DNA from: a virus
Length of the DNA: 43,534 nt
Direction: 5' to 3' (one strand)
Virus record (IMG/VR): IMGVR_UViG_3300012944_000012
In this document: positions 35,636 to 42,009 of the stretch, piece by piece
Position numbering within the stretch: position 1 is the first letter of the stretch
Layout: each line of letters opens with the position of its first letter
Notes under the pieces: model-generated
Databases searched by the model: none
What the model was told of the DNA's origin: nothing
The model's input: only the letters and a program-made list of their open reading frames with translations
Made by a program: the position numbers and the translations under genes

Positions 35636-35837
35636 GCCTCGCTTTCCTCCACTGAGGCATCAAACTCGCCGTTGAGATGACGGTCCCGCAGCGCGTCGGC
35701 TTCTCGGCTGTTGGCGAGGGCAAGGTCTTGCGCCAGTTGCAAATCGGGGAACGGCAGCGGCGACAAGAAATCGTGTCCGCCATCGCCTCGAGGCCCGCCT
35801 TGCGCAGTTCAGCCGCCAGAACGTCCTTGGTGTGCAT
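35584..35837 (-). pseudogene. Small acidic protein gene apparently split by a -1 frame change near 35767..35772.
   Basis: The ATG frame gives MHTKDVLAAELRKAGLEAMADT and then turns Cys/Arg/Pro-rich. The -1 frame continues as DFLSPLPFPDLQLAQDLA...EFDASVEESEAW with high third-position GC but only a TTG start. Confidence 0.35.
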
Positions 35838-35991
35838 GCTCTATCGCCTTCGCCAGTTCGTAGAGATCGAGCCTGCCCTTGACGCGTAGGGTGTCCGGCT
35901 TGTCGGTGGCGACGAGTTTCACCGACAAGCGGCCTTCCCGGTTGGCCTGCCGTCGCAGTTCAGTCCGGATCACGTCAATGAGGTGGCTCAT
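35809..35991 (-). CDS. Hypothetical small protein.
   Basis: Start at MSHLIDVIRTEL; ATGA coupling. Confidence 0.45.
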   Translation of the reverse strand: MSHLIDVIRTELRRQANREGRLSVKLVATDKPDTLRVKGRLDLYELAKAIEHAHQGRSGG

Positions 35992-36191
35992 GACACCTGA
36001 TTTTCCATCACCGGCTCTGACCATGGACCGTGGTGCGGGGCCGGATCGACGCCATGCCACAACTCGGCGCGCTGACATCCCGGACACAGCACCAGACTGA
36101 CATTTGACGGATGATCGAGCGTGATCCCGCAATCGCAGATGATCCGAAGCCGGTTCACGGGCAGCGCCCAATAGGCATCGATCAGTTTCAT
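35988..36191 (-). CDS. Small zinc-ribbon-like protein.
   Basis: CDCG...CPGC motifs. Start at MKLIDAYW, sharing a base with the upstream stop (TGATG). Confidence 0.55.
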   Translation of the reverse strand: MKLIDAYWALPVNRLRIICDCGITLDHPSNVSLVLCPGCQRAELWHGVDPAPHHGPWSEPVMENQVS

Positions 36192-36529
36192 CACTCCACA
36201 TCCCACATCTGTTTCAGGCGCGCGATGCTGGCCATCGCCTGCGGCGACGGCGGCGCTTGTTTCAGCGCCGTGAGCAGCGTCATCATCATGTCGGCGAGGA
36301 TGTGATGATTGGCTACCTCCTCGCCGCGCAGCGCGCGTTCGGTGTGTTCAAAGTGGCTCGCCAGCCGCAGCAGATTGGCCGCCGCGTTGAGCGCGATGTC
36401 GGCGGCCTGTTTCGGGCGATCGACCAGTTGCAAAACGGTCATGACGGCTTCGCCGACGCGATTGGCGGCGAGATCGTTCATTTCGCGGAAGGTGCCCGGC
36501 GGCAGCTTCTGCAATTTAGGCTTTGGCAT
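36191..36529 (-). CDS. Hypothetical helical protein.
   Basis: 112-aa ORF in the late operon. Confidence 0.55.
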   Translation of the reverse strand: MPKPKLQKLPPGTFREMNDLAANRVGEAVMTVLQLVDRPKQAADIALNAAANLLRLASHFEHTERALRGEEVANHHILADMMMTLLTALKQAPPSPQAMASIARLKQMWDVE

Positions 36530-36914
36530 GCTGCCTCCGGTACCACGTGCGGCGGCTCATGCCTTCCGTTTTCCATGGTTTCAAGACTTCGGCCGCCTTG
36601 TCGCGGTCCTTGTCGAGCGGCCGGCCCCGGTTCTGTTTAGACGACGGCGCGGCGTCAGGGTTCGACACCGCCGCACCGCCGCCCGATCCGCCCGTGACAG
36701 GCGGATATCCTGTGAAGGGTGCGGCTCCCCGCTTGATCGGATCGACGCCGCGCCCTTCGGACCTTACCCGCTCAAGACCGGATTGTTGCACCGGGCGGGT
36801 TTGGTTCTGATGTTGGCACGCATCCGCGCGCTTGGGTGGTATCGACGGATCGACATCCGGGCAGAAGCCCAGCCGATGCCGCTCGCCGCAGATTTTGCAC
36901 AGCACCAAATCCAT
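36516..36914 (-). CDS. DNA-binding protein candidate: N-terminal CxxCGERH-x5-C motif and C-terminal HTH-like tail. First gene of the late operon.
   Basis: MDLVLCKICGERHRLGFC...KPWKTEGMSRRTWYRRQ. The motif is shared with 37598..37795. Confidence 0.55.
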   Translation of the reverse strand: MDLVLCKICGERHRLGFCPDVDPSIPPKRADACQHQNQTRPVQQSGLERVRSEGRGVDPIKRGAAPFTGYPPVTGGSGGGAAVSNPDAAPSSKQNRGRPLDKDRDKAAEVLKPWKTEGMSRRTWYRRQHAKA

Positions 36915-37008
36915 GATGCCCTCCTTGTGGCAGGAGCGATGCCCAAACGGCCAACGACACCGCCCTTTTCGGAGGGAAATGAGAAACCTCCTAGCCGCTC
37001 CGAGCCTA

Positions 37009-37040
37009 CCAAAGATTTTGGGGCTGTCCAGAAAATTTGG
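37009..37040. promoter_or_regulatory. Two box B copies in the divergent region between the late operon and 37109..37393.
   Basis: CCAAAGATTTTGG at 37009..37021 and CCAGAAAATTTGG at 37028..37040 (one mismatch). Confidence 0.45.
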
Positions 37041-37108
37041 AGGTGACGGGTCAAAATCGGTGGTCACAAAAAATTACGGGAATATGCTAGGGCCAAAGGG
37101 GAACCGGC

Positions 37109-37393
37109 ATGAGCAACGGTTTAACGGAGTGGGAATTTGACGAAATCGCAGCAGAGACCAAGAAAGCAGAGCAAAGCCGCATGCGCTATCTGATTTGGTC
37201 GAACGAACACCGGGGCTGGTGGAAAGCCAACCGCCACGGCTACACCACCCGCACCGACAAGGCCGGTCAATTCAGTTTCGAGCAAGCGACCGAGATTCTG
37301 GCCCGTGCCAACCGCATCAAGGTCGAGGAAATCATGGTCGAAGCGCCGTCACGCGACCTGATCGAGCTTGATCTGGCCTATCCTGATCGATGA
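37109..37393 (+). CDS. Hypothetical protein.
   Basis: 94 aa, CAAAGGGGAACC leader. Plus-strand gene interrupting the minus-strand packaging genes. Confidence 0.6.
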   Translation: MSNGLTEWEFDEIAAETKKAEQSRMRYLIWSNEHRGWWKANRHGYTTRTDKAGQFSFEQATEILARANRIKVEEIMVEAPSRDLIELDLAYPDR

Positions 37394-37597
37394 CGGCATC
37401 GCAAGTGCGAGCCGGAAGAAACCGAGAGAGGCATTGGCGCCCTCCCCCGGAGGTGCCGCGTGGTCTAGGGGACTCTCACGCGGGGGAGAGTTCAACCTGA
37501 TGGCTTGCGCCGCGCCCGCATCTGCCGCATGCGCTCCGCTGCCGGGACCGGCTCAAGATGCGCCACCGCCAACTTTTCAAGATGAACCAACGCCAAT

Positions 37598-37629
37598 TTA
37601 AGCCGCTTGATTTTTAAGCCGCTTGATTT
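37598..37629. repeat. Perfect 16-bp tandem duplication (TTAAGCCGCTTGATTT, two copies).
   Basis: Copies at 37598..37613 and 37614..37629. It lies at the 3-prime end of the minus-strand ORF and supplies its stop codon. Confidence 0.95.
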
Positions 37630-37795
37630 CAGCTTCATACTGCGCGCATTGCGGACACGGCACCGCGACAGCGGTTACGGGCTTCGTAACAGTTACGGAT
37701 GGCGTAACAGGTTTTGTTACGGGCTGCGTAACAACAGGCTCGCACAACCGGCTCCAATGGCGTTCACCGCACGTCCGGCATTTCGGAGCGTCCAT
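37598..37795 (-). CDS. Small CxxCGERH-motif protein with a VT(x)P(V)T repeat.
   Basis: MDAPKCRTCGERHWSRLCEPVVTQPVTKPVTPSVTVTKPVTAV...CPQC.... Confidence 0.5.
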   Translation of the reverse strand: MDAPKCRTCGERHWSRLCEPVVTQPVTKPVTPSVTVTKPVTAVAVPCPQCAQYEAEIKRLKNQAA

Positions 37796-37820
37796 CAAAG
37801 ATTTTCCAGCGTTGGCGGAA

Positions 37821-37940
37821 ATTTTTGGGTGAGAGGGTGTGAAGATGAAGATTTGGGAAAGGGGACGGGTGTTTTTTTGTGGGGATGGCAAGGGGTGTGA
37901 GAGAAGGTTTGGGGAGAGTGGCGGGTTTATAGGGGGTGTT
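37821..37940. other. Extreme strand-asymmetric tract: G-rich on the plus strand, C-rich on the minus-sense transcript.
   Basis: By my count 58 G and only 3 C in 120 nt, with about 10 runs of 3 or more G. Confidence 0.9.
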
Positions 37941-38049
37941 GACCGAAAGCATGCTTGCCCTCCGAGAAATTTTCCCCCTCCGGTGCCCCGCGCCGCGTCG
38001 CATCCCCGCCCGCCCGCGCGATGTCGCAGAAACCCAATGAAATCAGGCA

Positions 38050-38571
38050 TTACTTGCTCGTTGCAACAGGCTTACGTTGGTCGGTCTGTTGCGTTTCATC
38101 GGGCTTGTGCTCGATTGTCAGCGGGCTACTCGCTGCAATGGCGAGTAATTGCTCGTCACTCAACTGTCTTACGTTCACGTTGACCGTGGTTTCAGTCTGA
38201 TACATATCGCGCCACTCGTCCGGATCGGCGTTCTTCAAAGCGAAGATGGCTGCTGTGACGCCAACCCCTATTTTTGTAGTCAGCAGCTTACGTTCCAGCG
38301 CGCGCAGCCGCGCTGCACGCGCAATTTGTACTGCATGGCGAAAGTCCGCGTGACGATCAATCCACTCATACACCGCGTCTTTGCTAACCCTGATCTCCCC
38401 GGCAAAGGCCGTCAGACTATAGCCCTCGCCCATGATCTCTATCACGCTGATGCAATAGGCCGGATCATAGAGCGTTGGCCGTCCGAAGATGTAGCCATAA
38501 GGCTTTGGCTTCGCCCTAAACGGCCGGGGCGAACCGAACCGCTTCGCTGGCACAGTTTGACACTCTCTCAC
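38050..38571 (-). CDS. terS: Terminase small subunit.
   Basis: GRPTLYDPAY...GYSLTAFAGEIRVSKDAVYEWIDRHADF...AAIFALKNADPDEWRD is the classic small-terminase HTH pattern. GTG start. Confidence 0.8.
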   Translation of the reverse strand: MRECQTVPAKRFGSPRPFRAKPKPYGYIFGRPTLYDPAYCISVIEIMGEGYSLTAFAGEIRVSKDAVYEWIDRHADFRHAVQIARAARLRALERKLLTTKIGVGVTAAIFALKNADPDEWRDMYQTETTVNVNVRQLSDEQLLAIAASSPLTIEHKPDETQQTDQRKPVATSK

Positions 38572-38714
38572 TGACCGCGCCGCGCCAGAGCAGGCTTGGC
38601 AGTGAAGCGAACCAGCGTCACCTTGGCGCGGTGCTTGGCCGCGCGGATCAGGCTCGCCTTGTCGCTATAGCTCACCGGCTTGCGGCCCTGATTATTTTTC
38701 TTCGCTTTCCTCAT
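38568..38714 (-). CDS. Possible 48-aa basic protein, translationally coupled to terS.
   Basis: MRKAKKNNQGRKPVSYSDKASLIRAAKHRAKVTLVRFTAKPALARRGQ. AAAGAGG RBS; its stop overlaps the terS GTG (GTGA). Below the ORF-track size cutoff. Confidence 0.35.
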   Translation of the reverse strand: MRKAKKNNQGRKPVSYSDKASLIRAAKHRAKVTLVRFTAKPALARRGQ

Positions 38715-38724
38715 CATTGCCTCT

Positions 38725-38753
38725 TTACAGACTAGGCCATTTTGGCCTATGTT
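38725..38753 (+). promoter_or_regulatory. Promoter-like element with a perfect box A in the spacer.
   Basis: TTACAG, 17-nt spacer, TATGTT. TAGGCCATTTTGGCCTA at 38733..38749. Confidence 0.5.
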
Positions 38754-38796
38754 GTTTTCGACGGCGCAACACCGCGCCAGCGCAAGGGGAACTGAT

Positions 38797-38949
38797 ATGC
38801 ACGATCAAGCAACCGAAAGCGCCGTTGAGCGCGCAATGAACCGGCTCGACGCTCGCCTGATGGCTCACGAGCTAACGCAATCGGAGTATGATCGCGAGGT
38901 CGCCACCTTGGATAAATGGGCACAAGCCCAATATCGTTGCCTGATCTAA
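38797..38949 (+). CDS. Hypothetical 50-aa protein.
   Basis: CAAGGGGAA leader upstream of the ATG. Confidence 0.6.
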   Translation: MHDQATESAVERAMNRLDARLMAHELTQSEYDREVATLDKWAQAQYRCLI

Positions 38950-38966
38950 ACGCAAGGGGAACCAAA

Positions 38967-39227
38967 ATGAAAACGGTCAAGATCGAAACCATCAAGGCGC
39001 GGGCTAACGAAACATTTCGCGGTAGCGTTGACGAGATGTCGATCCAACGGCGCGCAATTCAGTATTTCGTTTCTGATCTATTAATGAAGCACAACGCTTA
39101 TAAAGGCTTTCGATATCTGGAGGCGCACGATGTCGAACCGGGCAAATCGTTCGGGCTAATCCGCAACAACGAACAACCGGAAGGCCCGCATACTTTCCCT
39201 GATGATAGTCGCATCGCCTTCCTATGA
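38967..39227 (+). CDS. Hypothetical protein.
   Basis: 86 aa. The GCAAGGGGAACCAAAATG leader is identical to the one at 41743..41760. Confidence 0.65.
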   Translation: MKTVKIETIKARANETFRGSVDEMSIQRRAIQYFVSDLLMKHNAYKGFRYLEAHDVEPGKSFGLIRNNEQPEGPHTFPDDSRIAFL

Positions 39228-39249
39228 CCGCGATCAAATCGCGACATCA

Positions 39250-39275
39250 AAGCCCGGCATTGTCCGGGCTTTTTC
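39250..39275 (+). terminator. Rho-independent terminator.
   Basis: GCCCGG-cattgt-CCGGGC followed by TTTTT. Confidence 0.8.
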
Positions 39276-39315
39276 TTTGCCTGAAAATAATTTCAGTTTT
39301 CTTGACTAGGCCATA

Positions 39316-39344
39316 TTGACCTAACCCAAATAATTTGGTTATGT
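39316..39344 (+). promoter_or_regulatory. Sigma-70-like promoter carrying box A and box B.
   Basis: TTGACC, 17-nt spacer, TTATGT. Box A at 39307..39323 overlaps the -35; box B at 39326..39338 fills the spacer. Confidence 0.55.
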
Positions 39345-39374
39345 CCCCTCACGAACAACGCAAGGGGATTTTTA

Positions 39375-39668
39375 ATGTTCGATCACAACGCCATGAACGA
39401 GCTAAAGCATGTCGCCGCTGACCGCTATCAGCGCAACGGTTGCGGCGGCGCTCACAAGGTGCATGCAACATCCGTCGCCTATGACAAGGCGCACGGCTAC
39501 GGCGAGATGACGCCGTTTCGGCAAGCGGTCTATCGCGCGCGCATGCAATACAAGGTGGCTTGCGACAACGCGCGGAGCGATTTCTCTTTCGCTCCGGTCG
39601 CCTTCGATCTCGCCAAGGAAGAAAGGCGGGAGGCCGCGCGCTATGCGCTCGCATCCATCCCTTTCTAA
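39375..39668 (+). CDS. Hypothetical protein.
   Basis: 97 aa with a CAAGGGGA leader. Confidence 0.6.
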   Translation: MFDHNAMNELKHVAADRYQRNGCGGAHKVHATSVAYDKAHGYGEMTPFRQAVYRARMQYKVACDNARSDFSFAPVAFDLAKEERREAARYALASIPF

Positions 39669-39813
39669 CCAAACCGAGTTGCCGGCCACCGAGCCCCGCA
39701 TCGCCGAAACCCTGCAACGGCGCGCCAATGCGCCATTGCTTCCCGCAAAACCGCAAATCCCATGTGATGCCGGATTGTTCGGCGACACGCCAAACCAGAA
39801 GGAAATGTTCTGA
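39643..39813 (+). CDS. Possible 56-aa protein.
   Basis: MRSHPSLSNQTELPATEPRIAETLQRRANAPLLPAKPQIPCDAGLFGDTPNQKEMF. GGGAGG RBS. Fills the gap to the next gene (TGATG junction). Below the ORF-track cutoff. Confidence 0.35.
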   Translation: MRSHPSLSNQTELPATEPRIAETLQRRANAPLLPAKPQIPCDAGLFGDTPNQKEMF

Positions 39814-40082
39814 TGTCCAAGACCTTCACTTATTTTACTGATCCCGGCCATGGTTGGCTCAATGTCACCACGGCCGATTGTCTTGATGTCGGTTTGCTTT
39901 CCAGCGATTTCAGCCGCTACTCGTACCGCCGCGCTGAAAAACTCTATCTGGAGGAAGATTGCGACGCGCCGAAGTTTATCACCGCCTATACCGCCAAGCA
40001 TGGCGCGGCACCAACGATCAAGCAAAGCCACACCAACGGCAATAGCTTGATCCGGACGCAAGCGCGGATCAATCCCGCCTGA
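39813..40082 (+). CDS. Hypothetical protein.
   Basis: 89 aa, MSKTFTYFTDPGHGWLNV.... Confidence 0.65.
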   Translation: MSKTFTYFTDPGHGWLNVTTADCLDVGLLSSDFSRYSYRRAEKLYLEEDCDAPKFITAYTAKHGAAPTIKQSHTNGNSLIRTQARINPA

Positions 40083-40104
40083 TCGAAACCGACTCTGACA
40101 ATCC

Positions 40105-40133
40105 AAGCCCGGCCGATTGTGCCGGGCTTTTTT
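40105..40133 (+). terminator. Rho-independent terminator.
   Basis: AAGCCCGGC...GCCGGGCTT followed by TTTT. Confidence 0.8.
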
Positions 40134-40171
40134 GTGCCCGAAATTTATTGGCTGTTTTCCACTAGGCCATC

Positions 40172-40201
40172 TTGACCGCTAGGCCATTTTGGCAGTATGC
40201 T
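40172..40201 (+). promoter_or_regulatory. Orphan promoter-like element with no ORF downstream.
   Basis: TTGACC, 18-nt spacer, TATGCT. Box A copies at 40163..40179 and 40180..40196. Confidence 0.45.
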
Positions 40202-40488
40202 GAAAGATTGCGGTTGCGCCGAACCGGCCAAAACGCGGTATCAAATAACCGCCAATAGCAAGCCCGCCCATGCGTTATTTCCACAAGCCCGCTACCTCAC
40301 TAACCAAAAAATTTGGGCGCACGGGCGAGGCTGCTAATCTGTCAACCAAATTATTTGGGACATACCCCAATTATTTTGGGTTCACTCACTTGACAGCTAG
40401 GCCATTTCGACCTAGCCGCGACGCGGCCTGATTTGCAACTATATTGCGCCAACATCCAAATATTTTGGTGAAAATGTCGGCTCCATGA

Positions 40489-40562
40489 GAGAGTCACCCA
40501 TGCGTTATTTTTCGGTTTTGATACCAGAGTAAGGCGGAAATGTTCGCCGCCCGGTGACTCTC
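40489..40562. other. Candidate structured RNA/DNA element inside the ORF-free tract.
   Basis: A 10-bp perfect stem: GAGAGTCACC (40489..40498) pairs with GGTGACTCTC (40553..40562). It encloses an inner GGCGG/CCGCC hairpin. Confidence 0.3.
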
Positions 40563-40695
40563 CTATTGTGTCAAGTCCTTGCAGCCAAAATATTTGGGTT
40601 GATGTCGCGGCGCAATCGACGCAGCCGTACCCGCACCGATTTGCGCGCTGTAACATTTTGTGACCAAATTTTTTGGATATCCCCTCTAGGCCGTA

Positions 40696-40724
40696 TTGAC
40701 CTATAGGCCATTTTGGCCTATCAC
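40696..40724 (+). promoter_or_regulatory. Sigma-70-like promoter of ardC with tandem box A copies.
   Basis: TTGACC, 17-nt spacer, TATCAC. Box A at 40687..40703 and a perfect TAGGCCATTTTGGCCTA at 40704..40720. Confidence 0.55.
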
Positions 40725-40757
40725 AGGATCAACGCAACGCCAGCAAGGGGAAACCAA

Positions 40758-41633
40758 ATGGCAAACCTTTACACTGATGTCACCGCCCGCATCCTCGCCG
40801 ATCTCGAAAACGGCACCGCGCCATGGGTCAAGCCATGGTCCGCGACGCCGGGTAACAACGTGCCGCACAACGCCGCGACCGGCCGGCCCTACTCCGGTTG
40901 CAACGTGGTGCTGTTGTGGCTGTCGCACGGCCGCTTCGCCTCGCCGCGCTTCATGACCTTCAAACAAGCCAAGGAACTGGGCGGCAATGTCCGCAAGGGC
41001 GAGCACGGCTTTACCGTGTATTTCGTCAAGCCGATGACCGGCAAACCCAAGGACGGCGAAACCGAGGGCAAGGCGTTCACCATGCTGCGCGCCTATACCG
41101 TGTTCAATGTCGATCAGTGCGAAAATCTGCCGGCGAAAATCCTCAACGCGGAGCCGGTCAAGCCGCGCCACACTGACGAGCGCGACGCCACCATTGACGA
41201 GTTCATTGCCGCCAGCGGCTGCGATTTCCGCGCCGATGTCGGCGGTGACAGGGCCTATTACAGCCCGGCCGGGGACTTCGTCGCCATGCCGGCGTTCGCC
41301 GCGTTCCGCTCCGCTGCCAATTACTACGCGGTGGCGTTTCATGAGATGGGCCATTGGACCGGCCACGCCTCGCGCTTGGATCGCGATCTAAAGAACCGTT
41401 TCGGAACCCGCGCCTATGCAGCGGAGGAACTGGTGGCCGAACTGACCGCCGCGTTCTTGTGCGCCGAGTTCAGCATCGACGGCGAGATACGCCATGCCGC
41501 TTACATCAAATCATGGATCGAACTATTGAAGGACGACGCCCGCGCGTTCTTTACCGCCGCCAGCGCCGCGCAAAAAGCCGCCAGCTTCCTGCGGGATCGC
41601 GTGCTCGCCGAGCCGGTGGCGCTCGCCGCCTGA
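40758..41633 (+). CDS. ardC: ArdC-type antirestriction protein (ssDNA-binding N-domain plus zincin metalloprotease C-domain).
   Basis: N-terminus ARILADLENGTAPWVKPW...YSGCNVVLLW (DUF1738-like). C-terminus AFHEMGHWTGH, an HExxH motif typical of ArdC. Confidence 0.9.
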   Translation: MANLYTDVTARILADLENGTAPWVKPWSATPGNNVPHNAATGRPYSGCNVVLLWLSHGRFASPRFMTFKQAKELGGNVRKGEHGFTVYFVKPMTGKPKDGETEGKAFTMLRAYTVFNVDQCENLPAKILNAEPVKPRHTDERDATIDEFIAASGCDFRADVGGDRAYYSPAGDFVAMPAFAAFRSAANYYAVAFHEMGHWTGHASRLDRDLKNRFGTRAYAAEELVAELTAAFLCAEFSIDGEIRHAAYIKSWIELLKDDARAFFTAASAAQKAASFLRDRVLAEPVALAA

Positions 41634-41641
41634 TCTTAAAG

Positions 41642-41669
41642 AGCCCGGCCATGGTGCCGGGCTTTTTTA
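41642..41669 (+). terminator. Rho-independent terminator.
   Basis: AGCCCGGC...GCCGGGCT followed by TTTTT. Confidence 0.8.
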
Positions 41670-41693
41670 TTGGATGATTTCGACTAGGCCATA

Positions 41694-41722
41694 TTGACAT
41701 GCCCCAAATTATTTGGATATAA
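41694..41722 (+). promoter_or_regulatory. Sigma-70-like promoter with box A and box B.
   Basis: TTGACA, 17-nt spacer, ATATAA. Box A at 41685..41701; box B at 41704..41716. Confidence 0.6.
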
Positions 41723-41757
41723 CAGGACATCAACACAGCGAAGCAAGGGGAACCAAA

Positions 41758-41970
41758 ATGTACGATCTAGCCCATGAAAACCAAGCACCCGGCCGGTGCG
41801 GCAAGTGTCGCGGGACCGGCGTCTATGGCTGGGGCGCTTGTGTCAACGGCAAGATGCAAAATTCCGGAACCTGCTTTTCGTGCCGTGGCACCGGCCAACA
41901 GGATACCCGCCAAATCAGGCGCAACCATACCTATAACCGTTACAAGATCGCGGCGATTGCCCGGCTCTGA
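41758..41970 (+). CDS. 70-aa protein with two DnaJ-type CxxCxGxG zinc-finger motifs.
   Basis: CGKCRGTG and CFSCRGTG motifs; conserved leader upstream. Confidence 0.65.
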   Translation: MYDLAHENQAPGRCGKCRGTGVYGWGACVNGKMQNSGTCFSCRGTGQQDTRQIRRNHTYNRYKIAAIARL

Positions 41971-41977
41971 CTCAACC

Positions 41978-42000
41978 GCCCCGGCGCAAGCCGGGGCTTT
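41978..42000 (+). terminator. Rho-independent terminator.
   Basis: GCCCCGGC-gcaa-GCCGGGGC followed by TTT. Confidence 0.7.
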
Positions 42001-42009
42001 CCAATTATT

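Noticed and set aside
37441-37495. A tRNA-like or small-RNA element (GGTCTAGGGG and GTTCAACC look like D- and T-loop fragments).
   Set aside because: No cloverleaf can be folded. The sequence forms one bulged hairpin instead: CTCCCC...CGCGTG-loop-CACGCG-GGGGAG. There is no T-run, so it is kept only as a note under the split-packaging finding.
38733-38749. The 7-bp-stem / 3-nt-loop palindromes (TAGGCCA-TTT-TGGCCTA) as N4-type hairpin promoters for a virion RNA polymerase.
   Set aside because: The geometry is reminiscent of N4 early promoters and the capsid is N4-gp56-like. However, the 43-kb genome has no giant vRNAP or any RNA polymerase gene. The palindromes also coincide precisely with sigma-70-type -35/spacer/-10 spacing, so operator sites on host-RNAP promoters are more parsimonious.
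40351-40656. The 101-aa minus-strand ORF, and a 53-codon plus-strand ORF from 40270, inside the repeat tract.
   Set aside because: Both read straight through box A/box B palindromes and promoter-like elements. They have poor third-position GC and no RBS, so they are treated as non-coding.
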